From: a virus
Taxonomy: Duplodnaviria > Caudoviricetes
Direction: 5' to 3' (one strand)
Length of the DNA stretch: 64,000 nucleotides
Virus record (IMG/VR): IMGVR_UViG_3300031784_000003
Positions 1 to 9,182 of this stretch are shown here, piece after piece. Both the position numbers and the translations under genes were made by a program. Position 1 is the stretch's first letter, and each line of letters starts with the position of its first letter. The notes beneath the pieces were generated by a model. It was not told the origin of the DNA, ran no database searches, and worked only from the letters and a program-made list of their open reading frames with translations.

Positions 1-2
1 AT

Positions 3-1169
3 GGGGTTGAGAAGAAAGATAGAACAGGAACTGGAACTAAATCCATTTTTGGTTATACAATCCGTCATAATATGAAAGATGGGTTTCCATTGTTAACTAC
101 TAAGAAGATGCCGTTCAGACTTATCGCAACAGAACTAATATGGTTCTTACGTGGTGATACAAACATTAAATTCCTTGTAGATAATGATTGTCATATTTGG
201 GATGGTGATGCGTATAAAAGATATTGGGATGCTCACCCTGATGCTGAGAAGACATTTCAGTATGAAGGAAGTACTATTGAAACCAGAAGAATGAATAAGG
301 AAGAATTCATCAACAAAATCAAAACAGATGATGAGTTTGCTAAGAAGTGGGGTGAATTAGGTCCCGTGTATGGTAAGCAATGGAGAGATTGGGAAGTAGA
401 GAAACATGTTATTCATCCTGATAGAACTGTTTTAGCATCTAAAAAAATAGACCAAATCGCAAACCTAATCCATGACCTTAAAACAAATCCAGATAGTAGA
501 CGATTGATGGTTAATGCGTGGAATGTTGGTGAATTGGACAAAATGACTTTACCACCTTGTCATTATGGATTTCAAGTTTATACAAGAGAGTTGAGTTTAG
601 ATGAGAGAATGGATTTGATGGTTAAAAAGCATAAAATGATATTAGAAGGTGGTGATGATAGTTTACCAACCAGAGCAATATCTTTAATGTGGAATCAACG
701 TTCAGTAGATACATTCTTAGGTTTACCATTCAATATTGCATCATATGGTTTACTACTTGAGATTATCGCAAAGTCAGTTAATATGGTTCCAGATGAATTA
801 ATTGGTAACTTAGGTGATACCCATTTATACTCAAATCATATTGAACAGGCAAAAGAACAGATTGGTAGAGGATTAGATAGAATTGAGAGGATAAACTATG
901 GAGTCGATATTTTAGGTTATGAATCATTATTAGATTACGGTCATTCACAAAATGAAGATGAATTAATAACAAAGTTATGTGATGAATGGGGTGTACCAAC
1001 CCGAACAAGAGAACCATATCCATTACCAACATTAGTATTCAATAAAACTGATAAATTCTTTGGAGAATTAAGTGATGACTTATCATTATTAGATCATTTA
1101 GATATATCAGATTTTGTGGTAGAAAATTATAAATCACACCCAACGATTAAAGCACCATTAAGTAATTAA
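3..1169 (+). CDS. thyA: Thymidylate synthase (5'-truncated by the window edge)
   Basis: The frame is open from position 3 and reads GVEKKDRTGTGTKSIFG, the ThyA N-terminal motif, so the track start at 72 is internal. Also PDSRRLMVNAWN, LPPCHY, QRSVDTFLGLPFNIASY and GDTHLYSNH. Confidence 0.97.
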   Translation, partial: GVEKKDRTGTGTKSIFGYTIRHNMKDGFPLLTTKKMPFRLIATELIWFLRGDTNIKFLVDNDCHIWDGDAYKRYWDAHPDAEKTFQYEGSTIETRRMNKEEFINKIKTDDEFAKKWGELGPVYGKQWRDWEVEKHVIHPDRTVLASKKIDQIANLIHDLKTNPDSRRLMVNAWNVGELDKMTLPPCHYGFQVYTRELSLDERMDLMVKKHKMILEGGDDSLPTRAISLMWNQRSVDTFLGLPFNIASYGLLLEIIAKSVNMVPDELIGNLGDTHLYSNHIEQAKEQIGRGLDRIERINYGVDILGYESLLDYGHSQNEDELITKLCDEWGVPTRTREPYPLPTLVFNKTDKFFGELSDDLSLLDHLDISDFVVENYKSHPTIKAPLSN

Positions 1170-1175
1170 TAAGTT

Positions 1176-1376
1176 ATGAATTTTTTGAAATTTGTGTTAT
1201 TGTGGGTTAGTCAAAATTTATCTATACCATTTTGGATGGTGGGTCATGTACATTTAACATTAAATATCTATGAAGACATATATGAAATAATGGCATCTAT
1301 TGGTATGAATATAGTTGTTGCTATAGGTTTTTGGGTTAGTTGGTCAGATTATAAAAAGGAAATTAAAAATAAATAA
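1176..1376 (+). CDS. Small membrane protein, two hydrophobic segments
   Basis: 66-aa ORF packed between neighbours; hydrophobic N-terminal and C-terminal stretches. Confidence 0.6.
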   Translation: MNFLKFVLLWVSQNLSIPFWMVGHVHLTLNIYEDIYEIMASIGMNIVVAIGFWVSWSDYKKEIKNK

Positions 1377-1379
1377 AAT

Positions 1380-1571
1380 ATGAGAACAAGTTATCAGATT
1401 AAAAAGATTATGAACATGAATGGGAAAACATTTCATGTTATTTTATTAAACCCTCATTCTGAGGTGTTTGAAACTGATTATATCGAAGAAGTTACAAAAC
1501 TATGTGAATTATTAAATACCAACTCCGATAGTGGATGGAGGTATGAAATTATTACGATAAATAATAAATAG
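1380..1571 (+). CDS. Hypothetical protein
   Basis: 63-aa ORF, tightly packed on the coding strand. Confidence 0.6.
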   Translation: MRTSYQIKKIMNMNGKTFHVILLNPHSEVFETDYIEEVTKLCELLNTNSDSGWRYEIITINNK

Positions 1572-2008
1572 AAACGGGCGTTTCAGTAATAACAAATAAA
1601 TAAATAAAAAATTAAAGATTATGGAAACAATTTCATTCGCTTTAGGTGTTGCATCTGTATTAATTGTGCTATTAAGTGCAGTTACTATATGGAATATGCT
1701 TAAGGTTAAAAAATTAACTAAAGAAAAAGAAAATCTACATAATTTAATTAATATTGTGGAACAAAACTTATATAAAAAAATAGATGATGTTGAACGTCAT
1801 ATTCATGAAACTTTTAGAGAAGTACATAGTATGACAGATAGGTATACAACTGATTTATATCGCGCTATAGAAATATCTTCCGATGATGGTAAAAAATATA
1901 CTGACTCACGCATAGATAAACTGATAGACGCTTACTTTTCCCATTATAAGGAAATAGGGAGTAAATCAAAACAAATAATTAAAGGATAATAAGAATTCGC
2001 CCGTTTCT
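1570..2008. repeat. 11-bp inverted repeat flanking the 1621-1989 gene
   Basis: AGAAACGGGCG at 1570-1580 and its reverse complement CGCCCGTTTCT at 1998-2008. Confidence 0.8.
1621..1989 (+). CDS. Membrane-anchored hypothetical protein (N-terminal TM plus helical domain)
   Basis: N-terminal hydrophobic helix ISFALGVASVLIVLLSAVTIW followed by a charged helical region; A-rich leader. Confidence 0.75.
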   Translation: METISFALGVASVLIVLLSAVTIWNMLKVKKLTKEKENLHNLINIVEQNLYKKIDDVERHIHETFREVHSMTDRYTTDLYRAIEISSDDGKKYTDSRIDKLIDAYFSHYKEIGSKSKQIIKG

Positions 2009-2037
2009 TATTTTTAAGATATTTATCCATATAGAAT

Positions 2038-2045
2038 ATATTTAT
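2038..2045 (+). promoter_or_regulatory. ATATTTAT candidate late promoter (second copy at 2019-2026)
   Basis: Exact 8-mer 13 nt before the ATG at 2059; recurs before many late genes. Confidence 0.5.
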
Positions 2046-2058
2046 TAATAAAAAAAAT

Positions 2059-2856
2059 ATGGATATTAAAAAAATTACTGAACAAGAAGTCAACGACTTA
2101 ATAAGTAAAGAAAAAATCGACTTATCTTCTTTTGAGGTTAGAAGTACTTTAAATCCTAAAATATTCGATGTAGATCAACATATGCATGAAGAAATACGTA
2201 GAAGATTACTTATGATAGCAGATGACTTTTTTGAGACTTTAAAGGTTGAGTGGGTAGACATACAAGATATTATATTAACAGGTAGTTTGGCAAATTATAA
2301 TTGGTCTAAATTTTCTGATGTAGATTTACACATTTTAATTGATTTTGAGGATGTGGATGAAAATATAGAATTAGTTAAAGAATATTTTACATCTAAAAAA
2401 AATTTATGGAATGAAAATCATGATATAACAATTAAAAATTATGACGTAGAACTATACGTTCAAGAAACTAAAGAACCTCACGTATCTAGTGGGGTTTATT
2501 CTGTTTTATGGGATGGATGGGTTATAAAACCTGACGCAACCAAAAAAGAAATAGATTCAAAAAAAGTAGAACAAAAAGTAAATTCAATAGTAGATACCAT
2601 AGAAGAAATTTATTATATGTATAAATCTGGTGAATACGATAAAACTATTAGAATGGTAAAAAATCTAAAAGATAAAATCAAAAAAATGAGACAAACAGGT
2701 TTAGATAGAGAAGGTGAATACTCTTATGAAAATATATCATTTAAAGTTTTACGTAGAACAATGTATTTAGATAAATTAAGTGATATAGAAACTAAGGCAT
2801 ATGATAAATCATTAACTTTAGATGAGTCTATTAATAATAATAAATTTAAAATATAA
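2059..2856 (+). CDS. Pol-beta superfamily nucleotidyltransferase
   Basis: ILTGSLANYNWSKFSDVDLHILIDF (GS...DxD) plus a third acidic residue in YDVELYVQE. Confidence 0.8.
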   Translation: MDIKKITEQEVNDLISKEKIDLSSFEVRSTLNPKIFDVDQHMHEEIRRRLLMIADDFFETLKVEWVDIQDIILTGSLANYNWSKFSDVDLHILIDFEDVDENIELVKEYFTSKKNLWNENHDITIKNYDVELYVQETKEPHVSSGVYSVLWDGWVIKPDATKKEIDSKKVEQKVNSIVDTIEEIYYMYKSGEYDKTIRMVKNLKDKIKKMRQTGLDREGEYSYENISFKVLRRTMYLDKLSDIETKAYDKSLTLDESINNNKFKI

Positions 2857-2876
2857 TTTTTTTTAATAAAAACGTA

Positions 2877-2884
2877 ATATTTAT
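2877..2884 (+). promoter_or_regulatory. ATATTTAT candidate late promoter
   Basis: Exact 8-mer 14 nt before the ATG at 2899. Confidence 0.5.
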
Positions 2885-2898
2885 TTATAAATAATAAT

Positions 2899-3219
2899 AT
2901 GGGAACAACTTATTTAACAGGTACGTATTCTGTAATCCATACAAACACTACTGCAAATTTTGATAACTATGTATATAGTGCGGTGTATTTTAATACCACT
3001 GGTTCTTACACAATAAATGGTGTGTCAGTATCAGGTGTGGCAGGTAGTACATTAGATGGCATTATTAATGGTGCTACAACTACTTTAAATTCAGGGTTTT
3101 TACTTTTAGGTAATTTAAAAGCACAAGGTGTTATACCTACAGGATTAATAACTGCGACTGGTGGAACAGAACAATACCAATTTGTAAACATAAAAACAGG
3201 TTTACCGACTAACGGATAA
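2899..3219 (+). CDS. Thr/Gly-rich hypothetical, probably virion-associated
   Basis: 106 aa, beta-rich T/G/N composition, downstream of the late motif. Confidence 0.7.
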   Translation: MGTTYLTGTYSVIHTNTTANFDNYVYSAVYFNTTGSYTINGVSVSGVAGSTLDGIINGATTTLNSGFLLLGNLKAQGVIPTGLITATGGTEQYQFVNIKTGLPTNG

Positions 3220-3237
3220 AAATTAAATAGAAAATAT

Positions 3238-5100
3238 ATGAAAAATTATGTAAATCCTAAAACATTAAAAGGTCAAGATAAATTAAATAGAATGCTAGAT
3301 CTTATGGGTAAAATGAATACTTTAAACGAAAGTAAATCATTTTCTGAATTAGAACTAATCAAAAGAGGTCCTAATGGTATAGTATATGGTATAATTAGAG
3401 AAAATCACGATTACTTCATTAAGACATCAGAAAAAAAATCAGGAAAGTTCTTAGCTGAAGATTTTAATTATATTGGAGGACTTCAAAATAAATTTGATGA
3501 AAGATACCACTCTTATTCGGAAGCCTTGAAACGTTTAAATATCAAATTCGATATGTTAAATGAATCTTACGGTATTAAAAATAATACAAACATTTTTGAA
3601 TCTGATGGTAGAGCAGTTGCTGGAGGTGCAGGATTTGGATTTGTATTAGAGAAAGAAGAAGAGATTATTTCTGATGAAGAAAAAAAAGTATTAAAGGTTG
3701 ACGCACCTAAACCTAAATCTAGTGAATCACCTGATGCGGGTCAAGCACCTGTAGAGGATGAAGTATCCGATGAACCAGATGTTGATATGGGTGGAGATAT
3801 TGCAGATATGGATTTTGGTGATGAGGAATCAGATACAGAAGAATCGGATGTGGAAGAAGACGGAGATGACACAACTAAAAAAATACAAAAAATGACTGGT
3901 AAAATCGGTCAGATGTTAAGAGATAAAGAAGAAGTTGATCCTGAATTAGAAAAATATGTAATAAATTCTATTATTTCAGCATTACATTTAGATGAAATGG
4001 ATGAAAGTGATAAAGAAGATATTATTGCAAAAATAGAAGGTGATGAAGAAGAAGGTGATGAAGAACCTGTTGGTGATACTGAAGAACCTGTTGGTGATGA
4101 TAGTTCGGAAGAACCTGTTGGTGATACTGAAGAACCTGTTGGTGATACTGGTTCAGAAGAACTTTCGGAAGAAGTTTCTAAATCAGAAAAACCATTAGAG
4201 ATTACACCTGATATGATAGCGATGTTATTAAAAGATGGTAAATGTGAATGTTCTGGACATAAATTAGTATATAAAGAAAAAGGTACTAAAAAAGATACTA
4301 ATGAAAGTAGAGTATTTAGTAAAAAAAGATTAATGGAATCTTTTTTAATAAATGAAACTAAAAAATCACTTAAAAAAGTTTTAAGAGAAGAAAGAAGTAT
4401 ATGTGAAGATTGTATGGGATTTGGTTGTCCTAGTTGTGCAAATGATTTAGGAAACGATCCATTTATGATGGATGAAGAAAAGTTTACAGACGGTAGAAAA
4501 AAAATAGATAGAGCAAAACCTTATGGTAAAATTACACGTGCTGATTTTGAGGCTTTAAGGAGAGATAAAAAAAATGAAGGTAGAAGAGATAGAAGAAGAA
4601 GTTTGATAGATGAGGATGAAATGTCTATGATGGACGCAGTACAAACAGGACAAGGTTACTTACCTACAGGTGATTTAGATAGAGATTTTGATGGTATTCC
4701 TAATAGACTAGATATGGATAACAATTCGGATGGTAGATTAGATTATTCTAATAATAATGGTAGATACGGTAACAAAAGAGATAACGATGATTTTATAGAA
4801 TTAGATATTGACTTTTTAAGAAATAATTCTCCAGTTAAACAACCAGGAATCGGTACTCCAGTTACTAAACCACCTAGAGAAAAGAAACCTTGGGAAACTA
4901 TTAAAAGACCGCAAGTTGATCCTAGACCTAAGGCTAACTCACCAGTTAAAGAACCTGGAATTGATAAACCAATCACTAAACCACCTAGAGAAAAAAACCC
5001 TTGGGAAACTATTAAAAGACCAAAAGTTGATCCAAGACCTAAGGCGTTAGATGATGACAATAATAAACCTTCATTTAGAAGGAGAGGAATGTTTAGATAA
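3238..5100 (+). CDS. Large acidic mosaic protein, probable head/prohead-associated
   Basis: 620 aa; acidic linkers, CxxC-x4-CxxC (CEDCMGFGCPSC), DxDxDG motifs, C-terminal 37-aa duplication, several (I/L)xE motifs. Confidence 0.8.
   Translation: MKNYVNPKTLKGQDKLNRMLDLMGKMNTLNESKSFSELELIKRGPNGIVYGIIRENHDYFIKTSEKKSGKFLAEDFNYIGGLQNKFDERYHSYSEALKRLNIKFDMLNESYGIKNNTNIFESDGRAVAGGAGFGFVLEKEEEIISDEEKKVLKVDAPKPKSSESPDAGQAPVEDEVSDEPDVDMGGDIADMDFGDEESDTEESDVEEDGDDTTKKIQKMTGKIGQMLRDKEEVDPELEKYVINSIISALHLDEMDESDKEDIIAKIEGDEEEGDEEPVGDTEEPVGDDSSEEPVGDTEEPVGDTGSEELSEEVSKSEKPLEITPDMIAMLLKDGKCECSGHKLVYKEKGTKKDTNESRVFSKKRLMESFLINETKKSLKKVLREERSICEDCMGFGCPSCANDLGNDPFMMDEEKFTDGRKKIDRAKPYGKITRADFEALRRDKKNEGRRDRRRSLIDEDEMSMMDAVQTGQGYLPTGDLDRDFDGIPNRLDMDNNSDGRLDYSNNNGRYGNKRDNDDFIELDIDFLRNNSPVKQPGIGTPVTKPPREKKPWETIKRPQVDPRPKANSPVKEPGIDKPITKPPREKNPWETIKRPKVDPRPKALDDDNNKPSFRRRGMFR
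4060..4146 (+). repeat. 4 copies of GAAGAACCTGTTGGTGAT (EEPVGD), coding
   Basis: Copies start at 4060, 4081, 4108 and 4129. Confidence 0.9.
4825..5046 (+). repeat. 111-bp tandem duplication encoding a 37-aa Pro/Lys-rich unit
   Basis: NSPVKQPGIGTPVTKPPREKKPWETIKRPQVDPRPKA followed by NSPVKEPGIDKPITKPPREKNPWETIKRPKVDPRPKA. Confidence 0.9.
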
Positions 5101-5498
5101 TGAATTTAGTATATATAAATAAAATTGGGCAAAACTGGAAAGGGAACTATATTTATGAGTTCCTTTTTTCAGATACGTTAGAGGATATTGATGGTGATGG
5201 TTGGGATTCATACCCTTCATCAGGAAATCCTGAACCACCTGAAAATAAATTTATAAAAAAATCTGGTTCATTGACTACAACACTTAAATTAGATTTGGTT
5301 CAAGAATCTGATTCTTTCGCAATGTGGGATGCCGTAGATGGTATAATCGCATTAGGGTGGGAAAATATGGAAGGTTATGACGAATACCCTGAAAAAAGAT
5401 TATTTTTCACATTTGGTGAAAAAATTAATTCAGTAGAAGACAAACTATATGAAAAAGATTTAGTCATAAAATATGAAAAAGAAATAATAAACATATAA
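5100..5498 (+). CDS. Hypothetical protein
   Basis: 132-aa ORF overlapping the upstream stop codon (TAATG). Confidence 0.8.
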   Translation: MNLVYINKIGQNWKGNYIYEFLFSDTLEDIDGDGWDSYPSSGNPEPPENKFIKKSGSLTTTLKLDLVQESDSFAMWDAVDGIIALGWENMEGYDEYPEKRLFFTFGEKINSVEDKLYEKDLVIKYEKEIINI

Positions 5499-5508
5499 AT
5501 TATTTGTT

Positions 5509-5790
5509 ATGAAAAATAAAATTAGACTTTACGAATCTGAAATTAAAAGAGCAGTTAGACGTAAATTAATGGAAAGATACATTGATGAAGTAGAACAAAT
5601 GACAGTTTATGATCAAGACGAATTTAATAGTTCTTTTAATAAATTAGAAAAAGGTTCTTATGGAGTAAAAGATGATCAAGGTAAGATACGTTCTGTAACA
5701 GTGAATGAAGATGATGAGGACTTAGATGATTCACGAATGGTAGGTAGAAATAGAAAAGGGATTAAACCTTTTAAAGGTAAAAGAAAATGA
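5509..5790 (+). CDS. Hypothetical, probable head protein with basic leader
   Basis: MKNKIRLYESEIKRAVRRKLME leader. Confidence 0.7.
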   Translation: MKNKIRLYESEIKRAVRRKLMERYIDEVEQMTVYDQDEFNSSFNKLEKGSYGVKDDQGKIRSVTVNEDDEDLDDSRMVGRNRKGIKPFKGKRK

Positions 5791-6506
5791 AAAAAATAGA
5801 TATATTAAACGAAGTATTCACTGAAAAACAAAGACGATGGGCTTGTTATCAAATGAATGCACCTAAATCGGAAAGAGAATTATCTAAAACTAAGGCTACT
5901 GAAATGTGTAAAGACGTTAAACATTCTAAAAAAAAGGATGAAAATGTTAAACCAAAGATGAAAAAAAAAGATTTAGTTGAGTATATTAATAAAAAAATGA
6001 TTAATATTGTAAAAGAAAATTCTGGTGAGATTTTTATAGTTACTGAAATACCTGCATTAGAAAAAAAAGAAATATTTAGATTTTTTGAACAATTAAGACA
6101 AAGTGGTGTTATCAACATGTTCGGTTCATCCCCAATATTAAATTGGACTAAGGAAGACTTACATAGATGGTTATATGGTATGGGTAAAGATGTTGAATCT
6201 TTAGAATCTGAAATAGAAGAATTAGAATATGAAATAGAAGAATTAGAATATGATAATGAAGAAGGTGAAAATGATATTGAGATGTTACAATCTGAATTAA
6301 AAAACATTAGACATTTATTAGAAACCATTAACTATTTATTAGAAAATAAAAATAAAATTAGAGATATTTTAATAAGGGCAGCTTTAACTAGATTAGAAAA
6401 TAGAGGTGATAAAGACCCTGAAATAACAAAAGTTCAAAGAGTTTTTGAACAGTTGTCAAAAGAATGTTTTAAAATGTGGACAACGGCATTATACGGAAAT
6501 AGATAA
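5787..6506 (+). CDS. Hypothetical helical protein
   Basis: 239 aa, ATGA overlap; 21-bp tandem duplication (EIEELEY)x2 at 6210-6251. Confidence 0.8.
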   Translation: MKKIDILNEVFTEKQRRWACYQMNAPKSERELSKTKATEMCKDVKHSKKKDENVKPKMKKKDLVEYINKKMINIVKENSGEIFIVTEIPALEKKEIFRFFEQLRQSGVINMFGSSPILNWTKEDLHRWLYGMGKDVESLESEIEELEYEIEELEYDNEEGENDIEMLQSELKNIRHLLETINYLLENKNKIRDILIRAALTRLENRGDKDPEITKVQRVFEQLSKECFKMWTTALYGNR

Positions 6507-6520
6507 AATAAATATATACT

Positions 6521-7945
6521 ATGAGAAGAAGAAACATAATTAGTGAAGTTACTAAAAGAGTACTTTCCGAAAAAGTTAGAATTAGAAGAATAACTGAAGC
6601 AATAGAATATGATCCTGAACATCCAGAAAGAATGAATCCTGGGTTAGAAGGTAAACTTAGAAGTGGTGAACATATTTTCGGTAAAAGTAAATCGTTACCT
6701 GTTGGATCCGACATTCAAAATTATTCTGAAAAATTAGCTGGACAAAGGTTTAAAGAAATAATCAACAAAGTTAAAAGATATCATGGTGTTAGAAATATTA
6801 CACCAAATATGATGCAAATGATGTTTCAAATAATGGGTGAAATAAGTCAAATAGAAACTAGACATAAAGAGGCGTTAGAAAGATTAGCAGTCGATATAGT
6901 ATCAGAAGAATTTGATTTACCTGAACAAATGTTAGAGGCTACTTTAAGTCCTCCAGGATCACCATTAAGTCATAAAGAAGATGATGAAGAAGAAGATGGT
7001 GATGACACTGAATCACCCCAACCTAATATTCCTAAACAACCTAAAAGTGCTAAAAGGATGGAAGAATTGGAGTTAGAAGTAGATAAAAGGAGAGTAATAA
7101 ATGCATTAATGCAGGGGGCAGCTAAAAAAGGACACTATATATTTCATATGGTAGCAGATGAATTAGACGCAATTGATCCAAGATTAATGGGATTATATGG
7201 TAAATTAATGTCATTAGCAGATTTCCAATATTGGGTAATTCCTGATACTATGATGACTGGACAAGTTGGTGGTGTAGAGAAGATAGACTGGAGAAAGGCT
7301 GAGAAACCTAAAAATAAAGATGAAGAAGAAGATATGGAAGATGCCAACATAGAAGAAGGTGATGAAATACCAGTAGTTGTTGCAAAAGCTTGGATATTCC
7401 CTCTTTTAGTTCATGAATTAATTAAAGGAGCTTTAGAGTTGGCAGCAATCAATTGGGCAGATGGTCATTTAGATTTTGATGAACATAAAGAAGTTATCGA
7501 AAAGGCTGATACGGATGAAGGTGAAATATGGGGAATGAGATTAGGTCCTGGTATGTGGGAAAAATTCTTAGATTGTATTGGTACAGAGAATTATGATATA
7601 AAACAATGGTTATTTAAAGAATTAAGTAAATTACCAGCAAAACAATTTCATGATTTTATGAAAGAAATTTTAAGTGGAAGTCAAAAATGTGGTGAGGTAG
7701 TAGATACATTAAAAAAATTACATCAAAAAAGTAGTGGTGATAGTTTATCAGATATGTTTGACGATACAGGTTATGATGATATGGGTGACATATTAGATAA
7801 CTTAGGTAATGAAACTGAAACTGAAGAATCTGATGAGGACGTTGACTATTCTAAAATGTCTAAAAGAGAAATAGAAACTTTAATTAATCAAGCGTTAGAT
7901 GCAGGTGATTTTGATTTAGTGGAAAAATTACATAAATATATGTAA
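6521..7945 (+). CDS. Hypothetical protein of the head module
   Basis: 474-aa ORF with basic leader MRRRNIISEVTKRVLSE. Confidence 0.85.
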   Translation: MRRRNIISEVTKRVLSEKVRIRRITEAIEYDPEHPERMNPGLEGKLRSGEHIFGKSKSLPVGSDIQNYSEKLAGQRFKEIINKVKRYHGVRNITPNMMQMMFQIMGEISQIETRHKEALERLAVDIVSEEFDLPEQMLEATLSPPGSPLSHKEDDEEEDGDDTESPQPNIPKQPKSAKRMEELELEVDKRRVINALMQGAAKKGHYIFHMVADELDAIDPRLMGLYGKLMSLADFQYWVIPDTMMTGQVGGVEKIDWRKAEKPKNKDEEEDMEDANIEEGDEIPVVVAKAWIFPLLVHELIKGALELAAINWADGHLDFDEHKEVIEKADTDEGEIWGMRLGPGMWEKFLDCIGTENYDIKQWLFKELSKLPAKQFHDFMKEILSGSQKCGEVVDTLKKLHQKSSGDSLSDMFDDTGYDDMGDILDNLGNETETEESDEDVDYSKMSKREIETLINQALDAGDFDLVEKLHKYM

Positions 7946-7963
7946 AATTTTAATAAAAAAGTT

Positions 7964-7995
7964 AATCCCATATTAATAATATGGGATTTTTTTTT
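7964..7995 (+). terminator. Rho-independent terminator
   Basis: Stem AATCCCATATT / AATATGGGATT with a 3-nt loop, then a T-run. Confidence 0.85.
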
Positions 7996-8003
7996 ATCTA
8001 ATA

Positions 8004-8011
8004 ATATTTAT
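8004..8011 (+). promoter_or_regulatory. ATATTTAT candidate late promoter
   Basis: Exact 8-mer directly after the terminator, 6 nt before the ATG at 8018. Confidence 0.5.
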
Positions 8012-8017
8012 TACTAT

Positions 8018-9034
8018 ATGAGAAATATTATAAAAAAAATATTAAGAGAAAGTACTGAAACACCTAAAAGAGTTTTTAGGTATATAGATAGTATTGTAGA
8101 ACATTTTGAATGGGACATAGATTCAATAATGGAAGATTTGGAACAAAATTTAAATCTGTCAAAGGTTGACGCATATACTTTGTTATTTGAATATTATATC
8201 AGTAAGGGTGATGACCCAACAAAAGACATTGATTTTCAGGATATAACTTACTATGTATATACAGAAGATTTACTTAAAATATTAAATAATAGTGGTTGGT
8301 TAGATAAATATCTAAAAAATAAAGACTCATTTCCAAGAGATTTTAGAGACATTGAGGAGATTGGTGATGGTGAAAGATTTATTCTTAAACTTGATGATTG
8401 GGAGGAGTTTAAATGTTTATTTGATGATGATAATTTGGCGCAAAGAGTTTTAAATTCTGATTGGGCAGAACTATATGGTTGGTTTGATGTTGATTTCTCA
8501 GATGATATTGTAGATATATTAAATAAAGACACAATAAAACATATTCAAGAATATGTAAAAGAAAAAGGTTTAATAGGTAAGGAACTAGAAAATAGTGATG
8601 GTGAGGTGTTAACAGAAGAAATGGTTAATGATGAGGGTATTTTACTAGAACTGATAGGTGAAGATGAATTATTTTATGATTTAAAAGATCTTTTAGAAGA
8701 TGCATATAGAGTCTCATACGATTCTGCTGCCGAAGATGAAATTTTTAAAATATTAGAAGGTCATATAACTTCTTTTTTTGGTAACAAACCTGAATGGGTA
8801 GATGGAAACAAATTACATATAGATGTTACTACAATTTTTTACGACTTTTTAGTTAGGTATTTAACCAATAAGGGTGAAATGCCTAGTTTTTCACAAAGTT
8901 ACTTCTTGGATGTAATTTGTGAAACTTTAGAAGAAGAAGACGGAAAATTAATTACGCCCGATATGGGTTACTTTTATCCTGATAGTGATTTAGTTGCAGA
9001 ACATTTAAGTGACTACATAAAATCTAATATATGA
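8018..9034 (+). CDS. Acidic hypothetical, probable internal head protein
   Basis: 338 aa, leader MRNIIKKILREST, very D/E-rich body. Confidence 0.8.
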   Translation: MRNIIKKILRESTETPKRVFRYIDSIVEHFEWDIDSIMEDLEQNLNLSKVDAYTLLFEYYISKGDDPTKDIDFQDITYYVYTEDLLKILNNSGWLDKYLKNKDSFPRDFRDIEEIGDGERFILKLDDWEEFKCLFDDDNLAQRVLNSDWAELYGWFDVDFSDDIVDILNKDTIKHIQEYVKEKGLIGKELENSDGEVLTEEMVNDEGILLELIGEDELFYDLKDLLEDAYRVSYDSAAEDEIFKILEGHITSFFGNKPEWVDGNKLHIDVTTIFYDFLVRYLTNKGEMPSFSQSYFLDVICETLEEEDGKLITPDMGYFYPDSDLVAEHLSDYIKSNI

Positions 9035-9165
9035 AAATAATTATAACCGAAAATCAATATAAAAGATTATTATCTGAAGAATAAATAGGGACAGGTAACA
9101 ATGTTACATACACATTTGGTCCAAACTACGATGAATGGGAAAATGGTAATCTGATTGCTTTTTAA
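9031..9165 (+). pseudogene. Leader-only mini-ORF (17 aa) with an in-frame tail; possible gene relic
   Basis: ATGA overlap with the upstream stop; MKIIITENQYKRLLSEE, TAA at 9082-9084, then 26 more open codons to TAA at 9163-9165. Confidence 0.5.
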
Positions 9166-9174
9166 TCTATAACC

Positions 9175-9182
9175 ATATTTAT
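9175..9182 (+). promoter_or_regulatory. ATATTTAT candidate late promoter (terminase)
   Basis: Exact 8-mer 12 nt before the ATG at 9195. Confidence 0.55.

Noticed and set aside
3-1169. ThyA as a base-modifying hydroxymethylase
   Set aside because: It keeps the dUMP-specifying Asn in PFNIASY; dCMP hydroxymethylases have Asp at that position.
2059-2856. Nucleotidyltransferase as a CBASS cyclase or toxin-antitoxin component
   Set aside because: No effector, HEPN partner or cap genes are adjacent; the context is the head module.
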